Assembly (NCBI GenBank): GCA_016212375.1
Contig: JACRGH010000052.1
Location: forward strand, 1 to 59,325
Reading direction: 5' to 3'
Source: Candidatus Micrarchaeota archaeon
GTDB taxonomy: Archaea; Micrarchaeota; Micrarchaeia; Norongarragalinales; Norongarragalinaceae
DNA length: 59,325 nt
A model generated the notes under the pieces. That model had not been told where the DNA came from. It was given only the letters and a program-made list of their open reading frames with translations, and did not search any database. Of the stretch, positions 30,511-40,162 are shown one piece after another (the stretch's first letter is position 1; each line of letters begins with the position of its first letter). The position numbers and the translations under genes are program-made.

Positions 30511-31398
30511 GTGAATAACATGCCCGACCAACTTCTCGACCACGTCGCCGCCGACGCCAATGCCGAATTGGCCAAAGTCATCGACGCTATTGCCAAAGCC
30601 TCCATCGACATCCGCTTGGAGTTTCCCTACCGAATGGGCATCGTGGAAGGGGGCGAGAACAAATACGGCGAACAACAGCTCAAACTGGACGCATGGACCA
30701 ACGAGTTTTTGTGCGACCGGATGATTGAGACCAATTTGGTCAAAGCGGTTTATTCCGAAGAGCTGGAACAGCCGGAAACGGGCCTTCCGGACGCGCCCTA
30801 CATCATTTGCATGGATCCGCTGGACGGCTCGTCCAACGTCAAATCCAACAACAGTTGCGGCACCATCGTGTCCATTTACAAAAATGAATTGGGCCGAGGT
30901 TCGGAGCAGGTCGCCGCGTTGTTCAAGCTGTACGGTCCGGTCACTACACTTGCATACACCGTAGGCAAAGGCACCCACCAGTTCATCCAACAGCTCAAGC
31001 ACGACATCGGGTTCGTCATATCACAGGAAAACATGACGCTTTCCGCCACGGGGGGTATTTACGGCATCGGCGGCAAAAAAGAGGAGTGGAACCCCAAACT
31101 CCGGACATTCGTTGAAGGGCTTGAACCCCGCGGCTACAAATTGCGCTATTCCGGCAGCATGGTCGGGGACGTCAACCAGGTCCTGCACTACGGCGGCCTG
31201 TTTGCATACCCCAAACCCAAACTCCGCCTCAACTATGAAGCCAAACCCATGGCATTTCTGATTGAACAGGCCGGAGGCGCTTCAACCAACGGCGTGCAGA
31301 GCCTGATGGAGGTGTTGGGTGACAGTGTCGACGCCCGCACGCCCGTCTTCTTGGGCAATAAAGACCTGATTAAGGAAATCGAGAAGATGAACCGGTAA
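30511..31398 (+). CDS. fbp: Fructose-1,6-bisphosphatase class 1
   Basis: NKYGEQQLKLD; SEE; DPLDGSSN; RYSGSMVGD; KLRLNYEA. Confidence 0.92.
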   Translation: MNNMPDQLLDHVAADANAELAKVIDAIAKASIDIRLEFPYRMGIVEGGENKYGEQQLKLDAWTNEFLCDRMIETNLVKAVYSEELEQPETGLPDAPYIICMDPLDGSSNVKSNNSCGTIVSIYKNELGRGSEQVAALFKLYGPVTTLAYTVGKGTHQFIQQLKHDIGFVISQENMTLSATGGIYGIGGKKEEWNPKLRTFVEGLEPRGYKLRYSGSMVGDVNQVLHYGGLFAYPKPKLRLNYEAKPMAFLIEQAGGASTNGVQSLMEVLGDSVDARTPVFLGNKDLIKEIEKMNR

Positions 31399-31407
31399 GT
31401 TGTTCCG

Positions 31408-31785
31408 TCATTGCTTTGGCCGCAAAAACTTTACGCCAGAAAGCCCGGAAAAGTCCGAATCCGACGTGAGAAGCTCAAGACCATTGGTTTGTGCCGTCGC
31501 ATAAATGAGCGCACCCGTGGTCGACAGCCCTTTGGAATGGGAAACGCGAGCGGCCATTTCGCAGGCGTCCGAAACAAGCGGAAGCATATCAAATTGAAGT
31601 AACCGCTGGCGTAGGATTTCAAAATCCATTCCGCTTACCTTTTTGTGAAGATGGCGCAACGCTTCAAAATACGTCACGATGCTGATTCCACCGTCCCCGG
31701 ACTCCAAACGTGCATCCGTTTGGGGGCTTGTCCGATTCTGGAGGTAGTCGATTAAGATAGAGGTATCAGCCAAAAACCCGGTCAC
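31408..31785 (-). CDS. vapC: PIN-domain VapC toxin, third catalytic Asp replaced by Gly
   Basis: ADTSILI...FE...TTGALIYATA...TSDSDF. Confidence 0.8.
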   Translation of the reverse strand: MTGFLADTSILIDYLQNRTSPQTDARLESGDGGISIVTYFEALRHLHKKVSGMDFEILRQRLLQFDMLPLVSDACEMAARVSHSKGLSTTGALIYATAQTNGLELLTSDSDFSGLSGVKFLRPKQ

Positions 31786-31978
31786 GTTTATCCCTCACGA
31801 ACGGTTCGGTCCCCGTTAATATGCCCTTGAGGTCCTTGATGAGCAAAAAATTACTCCGCTTTGCCAAGGCATTCAACGTCTCATCATAACTCCGAGCACC
31901 CAACGCATGCCGGAAGGCGTCAATCTTATCCTTGGTCTCTTTTTTTACCGGGATATTCACATACACAGAAACCACCAT
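31766..31978 (-). CDS. vapB: Antitoxin (VapB/RHH-like)
   Basis: NIPVKKETKDKI...SYDETL; overlaps vapC. Confidence 0.75.
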   Translation of the reverse strand: MVVSVYVNIPVKKETKDKIDAFRHALGARSYDETLNALAKRSNFLLIKDLKGILTGTEPFVRDKRDRVFG

Positions 31979-31985
31979 TGCAACT

Positions 31986-32011
31986 AATATTGCAATAGAT
32001 ATTACAATATT
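31986..32011. promoter_or_regulatory. Palindrome AATATTGCAAT-AGAT-ATTACAATATT, likely antitoxin autorepression operator
   Basis: 10/11-bp dyad between TATAAATA (minus) and the vapB start. Confidence 0.6.
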
Positions 32012-32014
32012 TAT

Positions 32015-32039
32015 ACCTTGGGTAGAAAAAAGTTCCACC
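32015..32039. promoter_or_regulatory. Palindromic operator, copy 2
   Basis: ACCTTGGGTAGAAAAAAGTTCCACC; abuts the minus-strand TATA box. Confidence 0.6.
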
Positions 32040-32121
32040 CACGCCCGGTAAATACGACTCGCCCGGAATAATCTAAACCAACGATTTAAGTATCTTTTCC
32101 GGCAAACTTTTCTTCCATCCT

Positions 32122-32259
32122 GCAGGGGTGGCAGAATCCGGTATCGCGCTAGACTCGAAGCCTCTCTTTTCAACCAAACGCCCAAATGGGTCAAAAAAAG
32201 ATTGCCGCGAGCCATCTAGTGTTCTTCGGAACTTCCGAGTTCAAATCTCGGCCCCTGCG
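32122..32259 (+). tRNA. tRNA-Ser(CGA) with 54-nt intron (32160..32213) at position 37/38
   Basis: GCAGGGG/CCCCTGC acceptor; CTAGA/TCTAG stem; BHB (CTCG/CGAG helix, 3-nt bulges); long variable arm; GTTCAAATC. Confidence 0.93.
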
Positions 32260-32347
32260 TCCTTTTTCGTTATTGCAACAAAGTGCGCTTGATGAAAACG
32301 CCGGAGAGTGCCAAGTTTTTTCAACCCAAGACTTCCACGATTGAAAC

Positions 32348-33448
32348 ATGAAGTCACCCTCAATGGCCAAAACGGTCGGAATGGTGAAAGCTTACGCCGC
32401 CCAAAACAAGGACGCCCCGCTTGCGCCCATGGAAATCCGCCGACGCGAACTAGGCCCGTCCGACGTATCCATTGCCATCCGTTACTGCGGCATTTGCCAT
32501 TCGGATTTGCACAAGGCGCGTGACGAGTGGGGCGTGACGCAGTACCCCATCGTGCCGGGACACGAAATCGTTGGCCAAATTGAAGCGACCGGTTCAGCCG
32601 TTGGAAAATTCAAAACCGGCGACTGGGTCGGTATCGGCTGTTTAATCGATTCATGCCTTACCTGCCAAAGTTGCAAAAACGGCCAAGAGCAGCACTGCGA
32701 AAAAGGCGCCACCTATACCTACAACTCCCCGGATATCCACCTCGGTGGCATGACGTACGGCGGTTATTCGGAAAAAATCATAGTGGATGAGGCATTCGTG
32801 TTGCGGATTCCAAAAGAACTGGATCCCGCGGCGGCCGCACCTCTGTTGTGCGCCGGCATCACCATCTACTCCCCCATGGTCCGCTGGAACGTCAAAAAGG
32901 GCGAAAAAGTGGGCGTCGCTGGCATCGGAGGCTTGGGCCATGTGGCAGTCAAGATTGCCAAAGCTTTAGGCTCCCATGTCACGGCCATCACTACGTCGGA
33001 AAGCAAAGCCCAAGCGGCAAGAATATTGGGTGCGGATGACAGCTTGATTTCAAACGATGCGGATGCCATGGCCAAAAATGTCCAAACATTGGACGTCATC
33101 ATCGACTCCATACCCGCGTCCCATGACGTGGACGCCTTGTTGCAACTATTGAAACGCGACGGTGTGCTGGTCCTAGTCGGCCTGCCGGCGGAGCCGTTGC
33201 AGGTTTTCGCCAAAACCCTGGCCCGCAAAAGCCGCATCCTGACCGGCTCCCAAATCGGCGGCATAACGCAAACGCAGGAGATGCTGGACTTTTGCGCCGC
33301 GCACGGCATCGTTGCTGACGTGGAAATCATTCCCATTCAGAAAATCAATGAAGCGTATGCGCGGATGAAAAAAGGCGACGTGCACTACCGGTTCGTCATT
33401 GACATGGCAAGCCTGAAAGAATCAAATAAAAAGTCAACGGCCCGTTGA
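32348..33448 (+). CDS. Zn-dependent NADP alcohol dehydrogenase (CAD/YahK-like)
   Basis: CGICHSD; PGHEIVG; four-Cys Zn site; APLLCAGIT; GIGGLGH; YRFVID. Confidence 0.93.
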   Translation: MKSPSMAKTVGMVKAYAAQNKDAPLAPMEIRRRELGPSDVSIAIRYCGICHSDLHKARDEWGVTQYPIVPGHEIVGQIEATGSAVGKFKTGDWVGIGCLIDSCLTCQSCKNGQEQHCEKGATYTYNSPDIHLGGMTYGGYSEKIIVDEAFVLRIPKELDPAAAAPLLCAGITIYSPMVRWNVKKGEKVGVAGIGGLGHVAVKIAKALGSHVTAITTSESKAQAARILGADDSLISNDADAMAKNVQTLDVIIDSIPASHDVDALLQLLKRDGVLVLVGLPAEPLQVFAKTLARKSRILTGSQIGGITQTQEMLDFCAAHGIVADVEIIPIQKINEAYARMKKGDVHYRFVIDMASLKESNKKSTAR

Positions 33449-33467
33449 ACCAAGAAAACCAATCCGC

Positions 33468-33980
33468 TCAATAAACGCTCATCTTTTTGACGCACGACAA
33501 TCCTGACAATTCGCCCAACACTTTCACCGGCGGTTTGCGCTGCAGAACGATGAACAGTTTGGGTGATTCGAACAACTCCGGATCCTGCGACAAAATCTGC
33601 CGGATGGCCACTTTATGGTCGGCCAAAAGGGCGGTGATCTCCGCCACCACTCCGCATTTGGACGCTACAGATGCGGGCGGCTCCAATTCCAACACCGTCA
33701 GACCCAACGCGGCGGCATTCTGTACGAATAAGGGCCCGGCCGGCTGGAGGCTTTCAAAGACCGGCCTCAGGAAAGCATCGGACTCAATCCGAACCACGGT
33801 GGCTGCAACAACGCGCCGGTCCACGCCGCAGCTTTGGGCCAACGACACGTCCTTGACTTCAACGCCGCCAGAATTGATGGACCCATTTCGCACCGAAAGG
33901 CCCAAGGCCAACATTTTTTCAGCGACAGATCGTTGAGCGGGAAAATCCGCGAACGACGCCCGAACACGCTCCAGAATCAT
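33468..33980 (-). CDS. trpY: TrpY-like HTH-ACT regulator, divergent from trpE
   Basis: FADFPAQRSVAEKML; LAQSCGVDRRVV; C-terminal ACT (IRQILSQDPEL); same arrangement as trpY/trpE in methanogens. Confidence 0.8.
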   Translation of the reverse strand: MILERVRASFADFPAQRSVAEKMLALGLSVRNGSINSGGVEVKDVSLAQSCGVDRRVVAATVVRIESDAFLRPVFESLQPAGPLFVQNAAALGLTVLELEPPASVASKCGVVAEITALLADHKVAIRQILSQDPELFESPKLFIVLQRKPPVKVLGELSGLSCVKKMSVY

Positions 33981-33982
33981 GA

Positions 33983-34018
33983 TGAACAATAATGTACAAC
34001 ATAGATATAAATAGTACG
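33983..34018. promoter_or_regulatory. TRP-box-like hexamers overlapping the trpY/trpE promoter region
   Basis: TGAACA-N4-TGTACA-N4-AGATAT-N4-AGTACG versus consensus TGTACA; TATAAATA overlaps. Confidence 0.6.
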
Positions 34019-34131
34019 TCGGCCCCAAGGGACGAAGCAAGATAAGCGTAACGGGGCAGAAGTCGAAAGCGTCGGAAAAATAAGACGAAAAAGACACGAC
34101 GAAAAGCAATAGAAAATATCAATACGAGGAT

Positions 34132-34224
34132 ATGACGATGGAAAGCGGAGAGGGTTTTCTTTGGCCTGCGACACGACTTCCAGTCCCAACCCTTGGATTT
34201 GAAAGACCCACTTGGCGCGTTTGA
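34132..34224 (+). other. Zero-frame uORF (MTMESGEGFLWPATRLPVPTLGFERPTWRV) with candidate +1 frameshift site CTT TGG C at 34159..34165
   Basis: SD GAGGA at 34126; ATG 34132/34138; two Trp codons; +1 frame from 34160 is continuous with TrpE. Confidence 0.6.
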
Positions 34225-35542
34225 GTCCCTGTACGACCAATGCCAAAACTGCTTTTTGTTGGAATCGTTTGAGCAGGACGGCACGCTTGGTCGGTTTTCC
34301 TATGTGGGCTTCAACCCCAAAACCACGGTGCAAGTCAAGGACGGCGTCATCCGCGTCGGCACCGAGGAATTGGAACAAGACCCCTTCGCGTTCTTGAAAA
34401 GCTATTGCACCTCAAGCTCCCGACAGGGTTTCCGCGGCGGATTGGTCGGTTACCTCGCACACGATGCCATCCAGTACGTCGAGGATTTCAAGCCAAAGCG
34501 AGGCACCTTTGCAGACATGGAATTCGGCCTTTACCTCGATGGCTTGGTCTTTGACCACCTCAACCACACGGCGCGCTACGTCACATATGGCGAAAATCGC
34601 TTGGACGAATTGCAAAAATTGCTATCCCAGGGAAAAGTTGACCCCACAATAGATCAGAACGCAACCGAACAACCAACGGCCAAACTCTTCGACCCTTTTG
34701 TCAACCAGAACGCATATTGCCAAAGCGTTCTGCAAGCACAGGAGTCCATCCGTGCCGGCGATGCATTCCAAGTGGTCCTATCCCGGAAATTTCCAGTCCG
34801 CATTCGCGGCTCTAAGATGCCATTTTACAAGCGGCTTCGTGCGACGAACCCATCCCCTTACCAATACGTGTTGAAAATGGGCCAGCGGGAAATCATCGGC
34901 TCAAGCCCCGAGATGCTCATCCGGGTGGAAAACAAAAAAGCCACCACGTTTCCCATTGCCGGCACCCGGCCCCGCGGACGCAACCCAGACGAGGACGCCC
35001 GATTGGCGGCCGAACTGAAAGCGGACCCAAAGGAAAACGCGGAACACGCCATGTTAGTGGATTTGGCCCGAAACGACATCGGCCGCGCATCGAAGCCGGG
35101 CACCGTCAAAGTCGAACGTTACGCCGAAATCAAGAAATTCAGCCACGTCCAGCACCTGGTGTCCGAAGTCAGCGGCACCCTGAACGGGACGGCCGCCGAC
35201 GGCTTAAAATCCGTGTTTCCGGCCGGCACCCTATCGGGCGCGCCGAAGCTTTCCGCACTCAAAATCATCGACCGACTTGAACCGCAAGCGCGCGGGCCCT
35301 ATGGCGGTGCCGTGGGATTTTTGTCCCTCGACGGAAGCGGCGATTTTGCCATTTCCATCCGCACGCTGTTTTGCGATGGGGAAGCCGGATTCGTGCAAGC
35401 CGGAGCCGGGATTGTCCAGGATTCCGTTCCGGAAAACGAGTTCCAAGAGACGCAAATCAAAGCACAGGCGTTGTTGGATTGTTTGAAACCGCAAGGAAAA
35501 GACGAAAACGAAAAAACAAAAACGCGAAACGCCAAGTTGTGA
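34132..35542 (+). CDS. trpE: Anthranilate synthase component I (start probably via +1 frameshift; otherwise TTG 34193)
   Basis: LLES; GDAFQVVLS; NPSPY; GSSPE; PIAGTRPRG; EHAMLVDLARND; FPAGTLSGAPK. Confidence 0.93.
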
Positions 35543-35544
35543 AC

Positions 35545-35757
35545 ACCATGGCACCCCGACTCCCCATATTGGACAACTTCGACTCATTCACCTACAACCT
35601 AGTCCAATTATTCCAAACGGTCGCCCCGGGGGAAGCATACCCCCTGGCCCGGCCTGGGCCTCGCCCCCTTCCGTGACGAAAACCATGGCACCCCGACTCC
35701 TCATATTGGACAACTTCGACTCATTCACCTACAACCTAGTCCAGTTATTCCAAACGG
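35545..35757 (+). repeat. 76-bp direct repeat of the trpG 5' end (35545..35620 and 35682..35757)
   Basis: 74/76 identical; separated by a GC-rich hairpin spacer. Confidence 0.9.
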
Positions 35758-36257
35758 CAGGGGCTGAATGCCTCGTATTCCGCAATACCGTTTCGTTCGA
35801 CCAAGTCCTTCGGTTGAAGCCGGACGCCGTCGTGATTTCTCCCGGCCCTGGAACCGTGGAAAATGCCAAAGATTTCGGCGTGTGCGCCCGCGTCATCAAA
35901 GAATTCGAAAAACCGATTTTGGGAGTCTGCTTGGGCCATCAGGGCATCGCCTACGCGTATGGCGCCAAGATCGTGCGGACCACGCCGGTGCATGGAAAAA
36001 CCAGCATCATCACGCACGATGGCACCGGCCTGTTTGCGGGCGTGAAGAATCCGCTCCAAGTGGCCAGATACCACTCTTTAGTCGTAGACCCCGCCTCGGT
36101 GCCGGAAGTCCTGACGGTCACAGCCAAGACTCAAGACGGCCAAATCATGGCACTCCAACACAACGAAAAACCGCAATACGGCGTGCAATTCCATCCCGAA
36201 TCATTTATCACGGAAGATGGAAAGAAAACGGCGGATAATTTCCTGAAACTGATTTGA
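35673..36257 (+). CDS. trpG: Anthranilate synthase component II
   Basis: LDNFDSFTYNL; ISPGPG; GVCLGHQ; RYHSL; GVQFHPES. Confidence 0.95.
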   Translation: MTKTMAPRLLILDNFDSFTYNLVQLFQTAGAECLVFRNTVSFDQVLRLKPDAVVISPGPGTVENAKDFGVCARVIKEFEKPILGVCLGHQGIAYAYGAKIVRTTPVHGKTSIITHDGTGLFAGVKNPLQVARYHSLVVDPASVPEVLTVTAKTQDGQIMALQHNEKPQYGVQFHPESFITEDGKKTADNFLKLI

Positions 36258-36312
36258 AACCCAACCGGACGAAATTGAGTCAAACACATCAACACATCAA
36301 AAGGTTCCAAAA

Positions 36313-37308
36313 ATGCAAACCCCACTCACCCGACTCCAAAATAACGCCGATTTGGACGAAAAACAGGCCCAGGAGCTTGCGGACGGTTTCTTTGACGGCA
36401 CGTTGGACGAAGCCCAAATGAAAGAATCATTGCTTGCGCTCAATGCCAAAGGCATTACCGTGGACGAGCTCGTAGGATTTGCCCAAAGCATGCGACAACA
36501 CGGAGTGCATATCCAAACGAAAACGCCGTGCGCCGACACCTGCGGCACCGGCGGCGACGGCCTAAAGACGTTCAACATCTCCACCGCGGCCGCATTTGTG
36601 GTCACGGCATGCGGCGTCTCCGTTGCAAAACACGGGAACCGCTCGGTGTCAAGCCAAACCGGCTCGGCCGACGTCTTGGAAGCATTGGGCGTGCGCGTCA
36701 ACTTACCGCCGGAAAAGACAACGCAGATGATTGATACCGTCGGATTCGGCTTTTTGTTCGCCCCAACCTACCATCCGGCGATGAAGCGCGTAGCACCGGT
36801 GCGAAAAGCATTGGGCGTCAAGACGATTTTCAACATGCTTGGGCCCCTGACGAACCCCGCAAGCGCCGCGTACCAAGTCATCGGCACCTACAACCCCGAA
36901 TGCCAGGACAAAATGGCGCATGCCGTCACACGCGTGGGCATCCGCCGGGCCTTGGTAGTGCACGGCAACGGCATGGATGAAGCGGGTTTTGGCATCAGCC
37001 GCATCTTGGACGTAACCGGTGGAAAAATTGAAGAAAGCAATTTGGATGCCGCCTCGCTGGGCATTACCGGAACGATTACGGATTTGACGGTACGGAATGC
37101 GGCAGAGAGCGCCACCAAAATCCGGAAAGCCTTGAGCTCCGCGGACAAAATGGAGACGCAAATCGTCTGCCTCAACGCGGCATTGGCATTGGTCGCCGCA
37201 GGTAAGGCCAAGGATGCCCATGAAGGCTTTCACCAAGCGCGAAAAGCGGTGAGCACCGGTTGGGCCATGAAAAAACTGCAGGAAAGCGTGGAGGCCGGAC
37301 GCGAATGA
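36313..37308 (+). CDS. trpD: Anthranilate phosphoribosyltransferase
   Basis: DTCGTGGDG; NIST; KHGNRS; GSADVLE; FNMLGPLTNP. Confidence 0.95.
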   Translation: MQTPLTRLQNNADLDEKQAQELADGFFDGTLDEAQMKESLLALNAKGITVDELVGFAQSMRQHGVHIQTKTPCADTCGTGGDGLKTFNISTAAAFVVTACGVSVAKHGNRSVSSQTGSADVLEALGVRVNLPPEKTTQMIDTVGFGFLFAPTYHPAMKRVAPVRKALGVKTIFNMLGPLTNPASAAYQVIGTYNPECQDKMAHAVTRVGIRRALVVHGNGMDEAGFGISRILDVTGGKIEESNLDAASLGITGTITDLTVRNAAESATKIRKALSSADKMETQIVCLNAALALVAAGKAKDAHEGFHQARKAVSTGWAMKKLQESVEAGRE

Positions 37309-38126
37309 ATTTTTTGGACGACGTGTTGGATGGAGTTCGGCAAAGCCTGGTTGACGGCTACTATGAAGTCGGAAAAATGGAACCAGATGCAGAATCGCGA
37401 ACGCAAGGAAAAAAATCACTCAAAACCGAATTGCAACAAAGATTCAGCATTATTGCCGAAATCAAGCCGCGCTCGCCCACCGCCGGAGTGCTGTACCAAG
37501 GCTCAGCCGCGGATTTGGCCAAAACCTATGCCGAAGCGGGAGCAGGCGCATTGAGCGTGTTGTGCGAGTCGAAGCGCTTCAACGGCCGACTTGAAAATCT
37601 GACGGAAGCGAAAACAGCAGCGACGCACTTGCCCGTTTTGGCCAAGGATTTCGTAATTTCGAAAAAACAGCTGCAGGCCTATGCCGCGCATGGCGCAGAT
37701 GCCGCCCTTTTGATTTACGAGCTTTTCGAGCACAAAAAGACCAACGTGCCATTGGAAGCTATGATTGACGCGGCGCACGAATTGGGACTCGAAGTCTTGT
37801 TGGAAGTGCACGGTGCCAAAGACCTGGACGAGGCGCTCAAGAGCAAAGCCGACGTCATCGGCATCAACAACCGGAATTTGGATGATTTGTCGCTCAACAT
37901 GCTTCATTTCCAGAACGTGTTATCGGAAAGCGGCGTGGACATTGAAAAAATAACGGCCGAAGGAAAAGCCCTCATCGCCGAAAGCGGATTTGTTAGCGCC
38001 GCGGACGTGCAGATGGCCCGCGATGTCGGATTGAACGGCATCCTAATTGGCACCGGCCTTCTGAAGAACAAAGACCCCGCCTTCGCATTGAAACAACTCA
38101 CAAAAATAACGAAACAAACGAGGTAA
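37305..38126 (+). CDS. trpC: Indole-3-glycerol phosphate synthase
   Basis: IAEIKPRSP; LSVL; KDF; GINNRNL; AESG. Confidence 0.93.
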   Translation: MNFLDDVLDGVRQSLVDGYYEVGKMEPDAESRTQGKKSLKTELQQRFSIIAEIKPRSPTAGVLYQGSAADLAKTYAEAGAGALSVLCESKRFNGRLENLTEAKTAATHLPVLAKDFVISKKQLQAYAAHGADAALLIYELFEHKKTNVPLEAMIDAAHELGLEVLLEVHGAKDLDEALKSKADVIGINNRNLDDLSLNMLHFQNVLSESGVDIEKITAEGKALIAESGFVSAADVQMARDVGLNGILIGTGLLKNKDPAFALKQLTKITKQTR

Positions 38127-38134
38127 ACAGCAAA

Positions 38135-39343
38135 ATGACATATTTTGGAGAATTTGGCGGACTGTTTGTTCCGGAAACACTGGTCAGCCCGCTTCAAGCG
38201 ATTTCAGAGGCGTACGAAAATGCCAAAAAAGATCCGGCGTTCCAAAGTGAGTTCCAACGGCTTTTACGCGAGTACGCGGGACGGCCGTCCATGCTGTACT
38301 TTGCAAAAAACCTATCCGTTAAGTACGGCTGCCGCATCTACCTCAAACGGGAGGACTTGCTGCACACCGGCTCGCACAAAATCAACAACGCGTTGGGACA
38401 GGCCTTGCTTGCCAAATCCATGGGCAAAACGCGCGTCATCGCGGAAACCGGTGCGGGACAGCATGGCGTGGCGTGCGCCACGGTCTGCGCCCTGATGGGT
38501 TTGAAATGCGTCGTGTACATGGGCTCGGAAGACGTCATCCGCCAAAACTTGAACGTCCAGCGGATGCGCCTATTGGGCGCCACCGTGGTGCCGGTCGAAT
38601 CCGGAACCAAAACCTTGAAAGATGCCATCAACGAAGCCCTCCGGGACTTCGTGGCGAATCCCGACAGCTATTACCTCATCGGCTCAGCCGTGGGCCCGAC
38701 GCCGTATCCGGAAATGGTGCGGGATTTCCAGCGGGCCATCGGCGATGAGACCAAAGCCCAAATCCTCAAAGCCGAAGGGCGGCTTCCGGACGCCGTGGTG
38801 GCCTGCGTGGGCGGGGGCAGCAATGCGATAGGCATGTTTTATTCGTTCAAAGACGACCAAAGCGTCAAAAAAATCGGCGTGGAAGCATATGGCGCGGCAT
38901 CGTTGGGTTACGGCCAGACGGGCGTGCTGCACGGTGCGAAAACCAAAATTTTGCAGGACAGCGACGGACAAATTTCCGGCACGCACAGTATTTCGGCCGG
39001 ACTGGATTATTCCGCCGTGGGGCCGGAGCATGCTTTTTTCCAATCGGCTGGAATCGCGAAATACGTTTCCGCCAACGACGAGGACGCGCTTTTCGGCTTC
39101 AAGGAACTTTCCCTACAAGAAGGCATCATTCCGGCACTGGAATCGGCACACGCCGTGGCCCATGGCCTCAAAGTGGCCAAAACCATGACCAAAGACCAGA
39201 TTCTCGTCATCAATTTGTCCGGACGCGGAGACAAAGATGCGCATGCATTGGAAGCTCTTGGAAAAGAAAAAGAGCCGTCGGCGTGGGGAAAAAATGAAAT
39301 AACCAAAATAAATGCCAAAACAACGGAGGCGAACAATCAATGA
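38135..39343 (+). CDS. trpB: Tryptophan synthase beta chain (TrpB1)
   Basis: [16 protein letters not shown]; AETGAGQHG; GGGSN; SAGLDY; NLSGRGDKD. Confidence 0.97.
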   Translation: MTYFGEFGGLFVPETLVSPLQAISEAYENAKKDPAFQSEFQRLLREYAGRPSMLYFAKNLSVKYGCRIYLKREDLLHTGSHKINNALGQALLAKSMGKTRVIAETGAGQHGVACATVCALMGLKCVVYMGSEDVIRQNLNVQRMRLLGATVVPVESGTKTLKDAINEALRDFVANPDSYYLIGSAVGPTPYPEMVRDFQRAIGDETKAQILKAEGRLPDAVVACVGGGSNAIGMFYSFKDDQSVKKIGVEAYGAASLGYGQTGVLHGAKTKILQDSDGQISGTHSISAGLDYSAVGPEHAFFQSAGIAKYVSANDEDALFGFKELSLQEGIIPALESAHAVAHGLKVAKTMTKDQILVINLSGRGDKDAHALEALGKEKEPSAWGKNEITKINAKTTEANNQ

Positions 39344-40116
39344 AATTCTCCGAACTTTTCAAAACCAAAAAATTTGCCTTCCTACCATACGTTTGCTTAG
39401 GTTACCCCACACTCGAAAAAAGCCTGGACCTAGTGCGGGCCTTGGAACCGTACGCGGATGGCTTTGAGCTCGGTATCCCTTTTTCCGATCCGGTGGCCGA
39501 CGGACCCGTTCTGCAGAAAGCCGCCCAGAGTGCCCTAGAGGCCGGTTTTAAAGTCAGCCAGACGTTTGACGCGGTGCGGGTGGTCCGCCGGTTCACGCAA
39601 AAACCAATCGCCATCATGACGTACTTGAATCCGGTTTTGGCCCACGGATTACAGCGTTTCGTTGACGAGGCGCATGCCACGGGAGCCGATGCGCTCATCA
39701 TACCGGATGCGCCGATGGAAGAAATCGGACCGGTCCAGGCCGCGTGTGCCGGAAAACTGGAAGTGCCGTTATTTGTCACCCCCACCACGCCGAAAGCGCG
39801 CGCCGGGAAAATCGCCCAAAGCGCACAAGGATTCATCTACGGCATTGCAATCAAAGGCGTCACAGGCGCACGCAAAGAAACCGAAATGGACGGCATGGGT
39901 GCCGACGTCAAGGCATTGGTGGAAAAAACGTCCGACATGGGTTTCCAGATTCCGGTGGTCTTTGGTTTCGGGATTTCAAACGCAAAGCATGCAAAAGCGG
40001 TCCAAAACGCCGGAGCCGCCGGTTTCATCATCGGTAGCCGCATCGTCCAGGCCTACGAGGAAGACGGATTGGAGGGCGTGAAAACATGGGTACAATCGCT
40101 AACCTTAAAAACGTGA
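39340..40116 (+). CDS. trpA: Tryptophan synthase alpha chain
   Basis: [14 protein letters not shown]; MTYLN; GVTG; GFGIS. Confidence 0.95.
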   Translation: MKFSELFKTKKFAFLPYVCLGYPTLEKSLDLVRALEPYADGFELGIPFSDPVADGPVLQKAAQSALEAGFKVSQTFDAVRVVRRFTQKPIAIMTYLNPVLAHGLQRFVDEAHATGADALIIPDAPMEEIGPVQAACAGKLEVPLFVTPTTPKARAGKIAQSAQGFIYGIAIKGVTGARKETEMDGMGADVKALVEKTSDMGFQIPVVFGFGISNAKHAKAVQNAGAAGFIIGSRIVQAYEEDGLEGVKTWVQSLTLKT

Positions 40117-40162
40117 ACCGGGAAGTAATTGAAAAGACAACGAAATCAGCGAGTTAGTTCCC

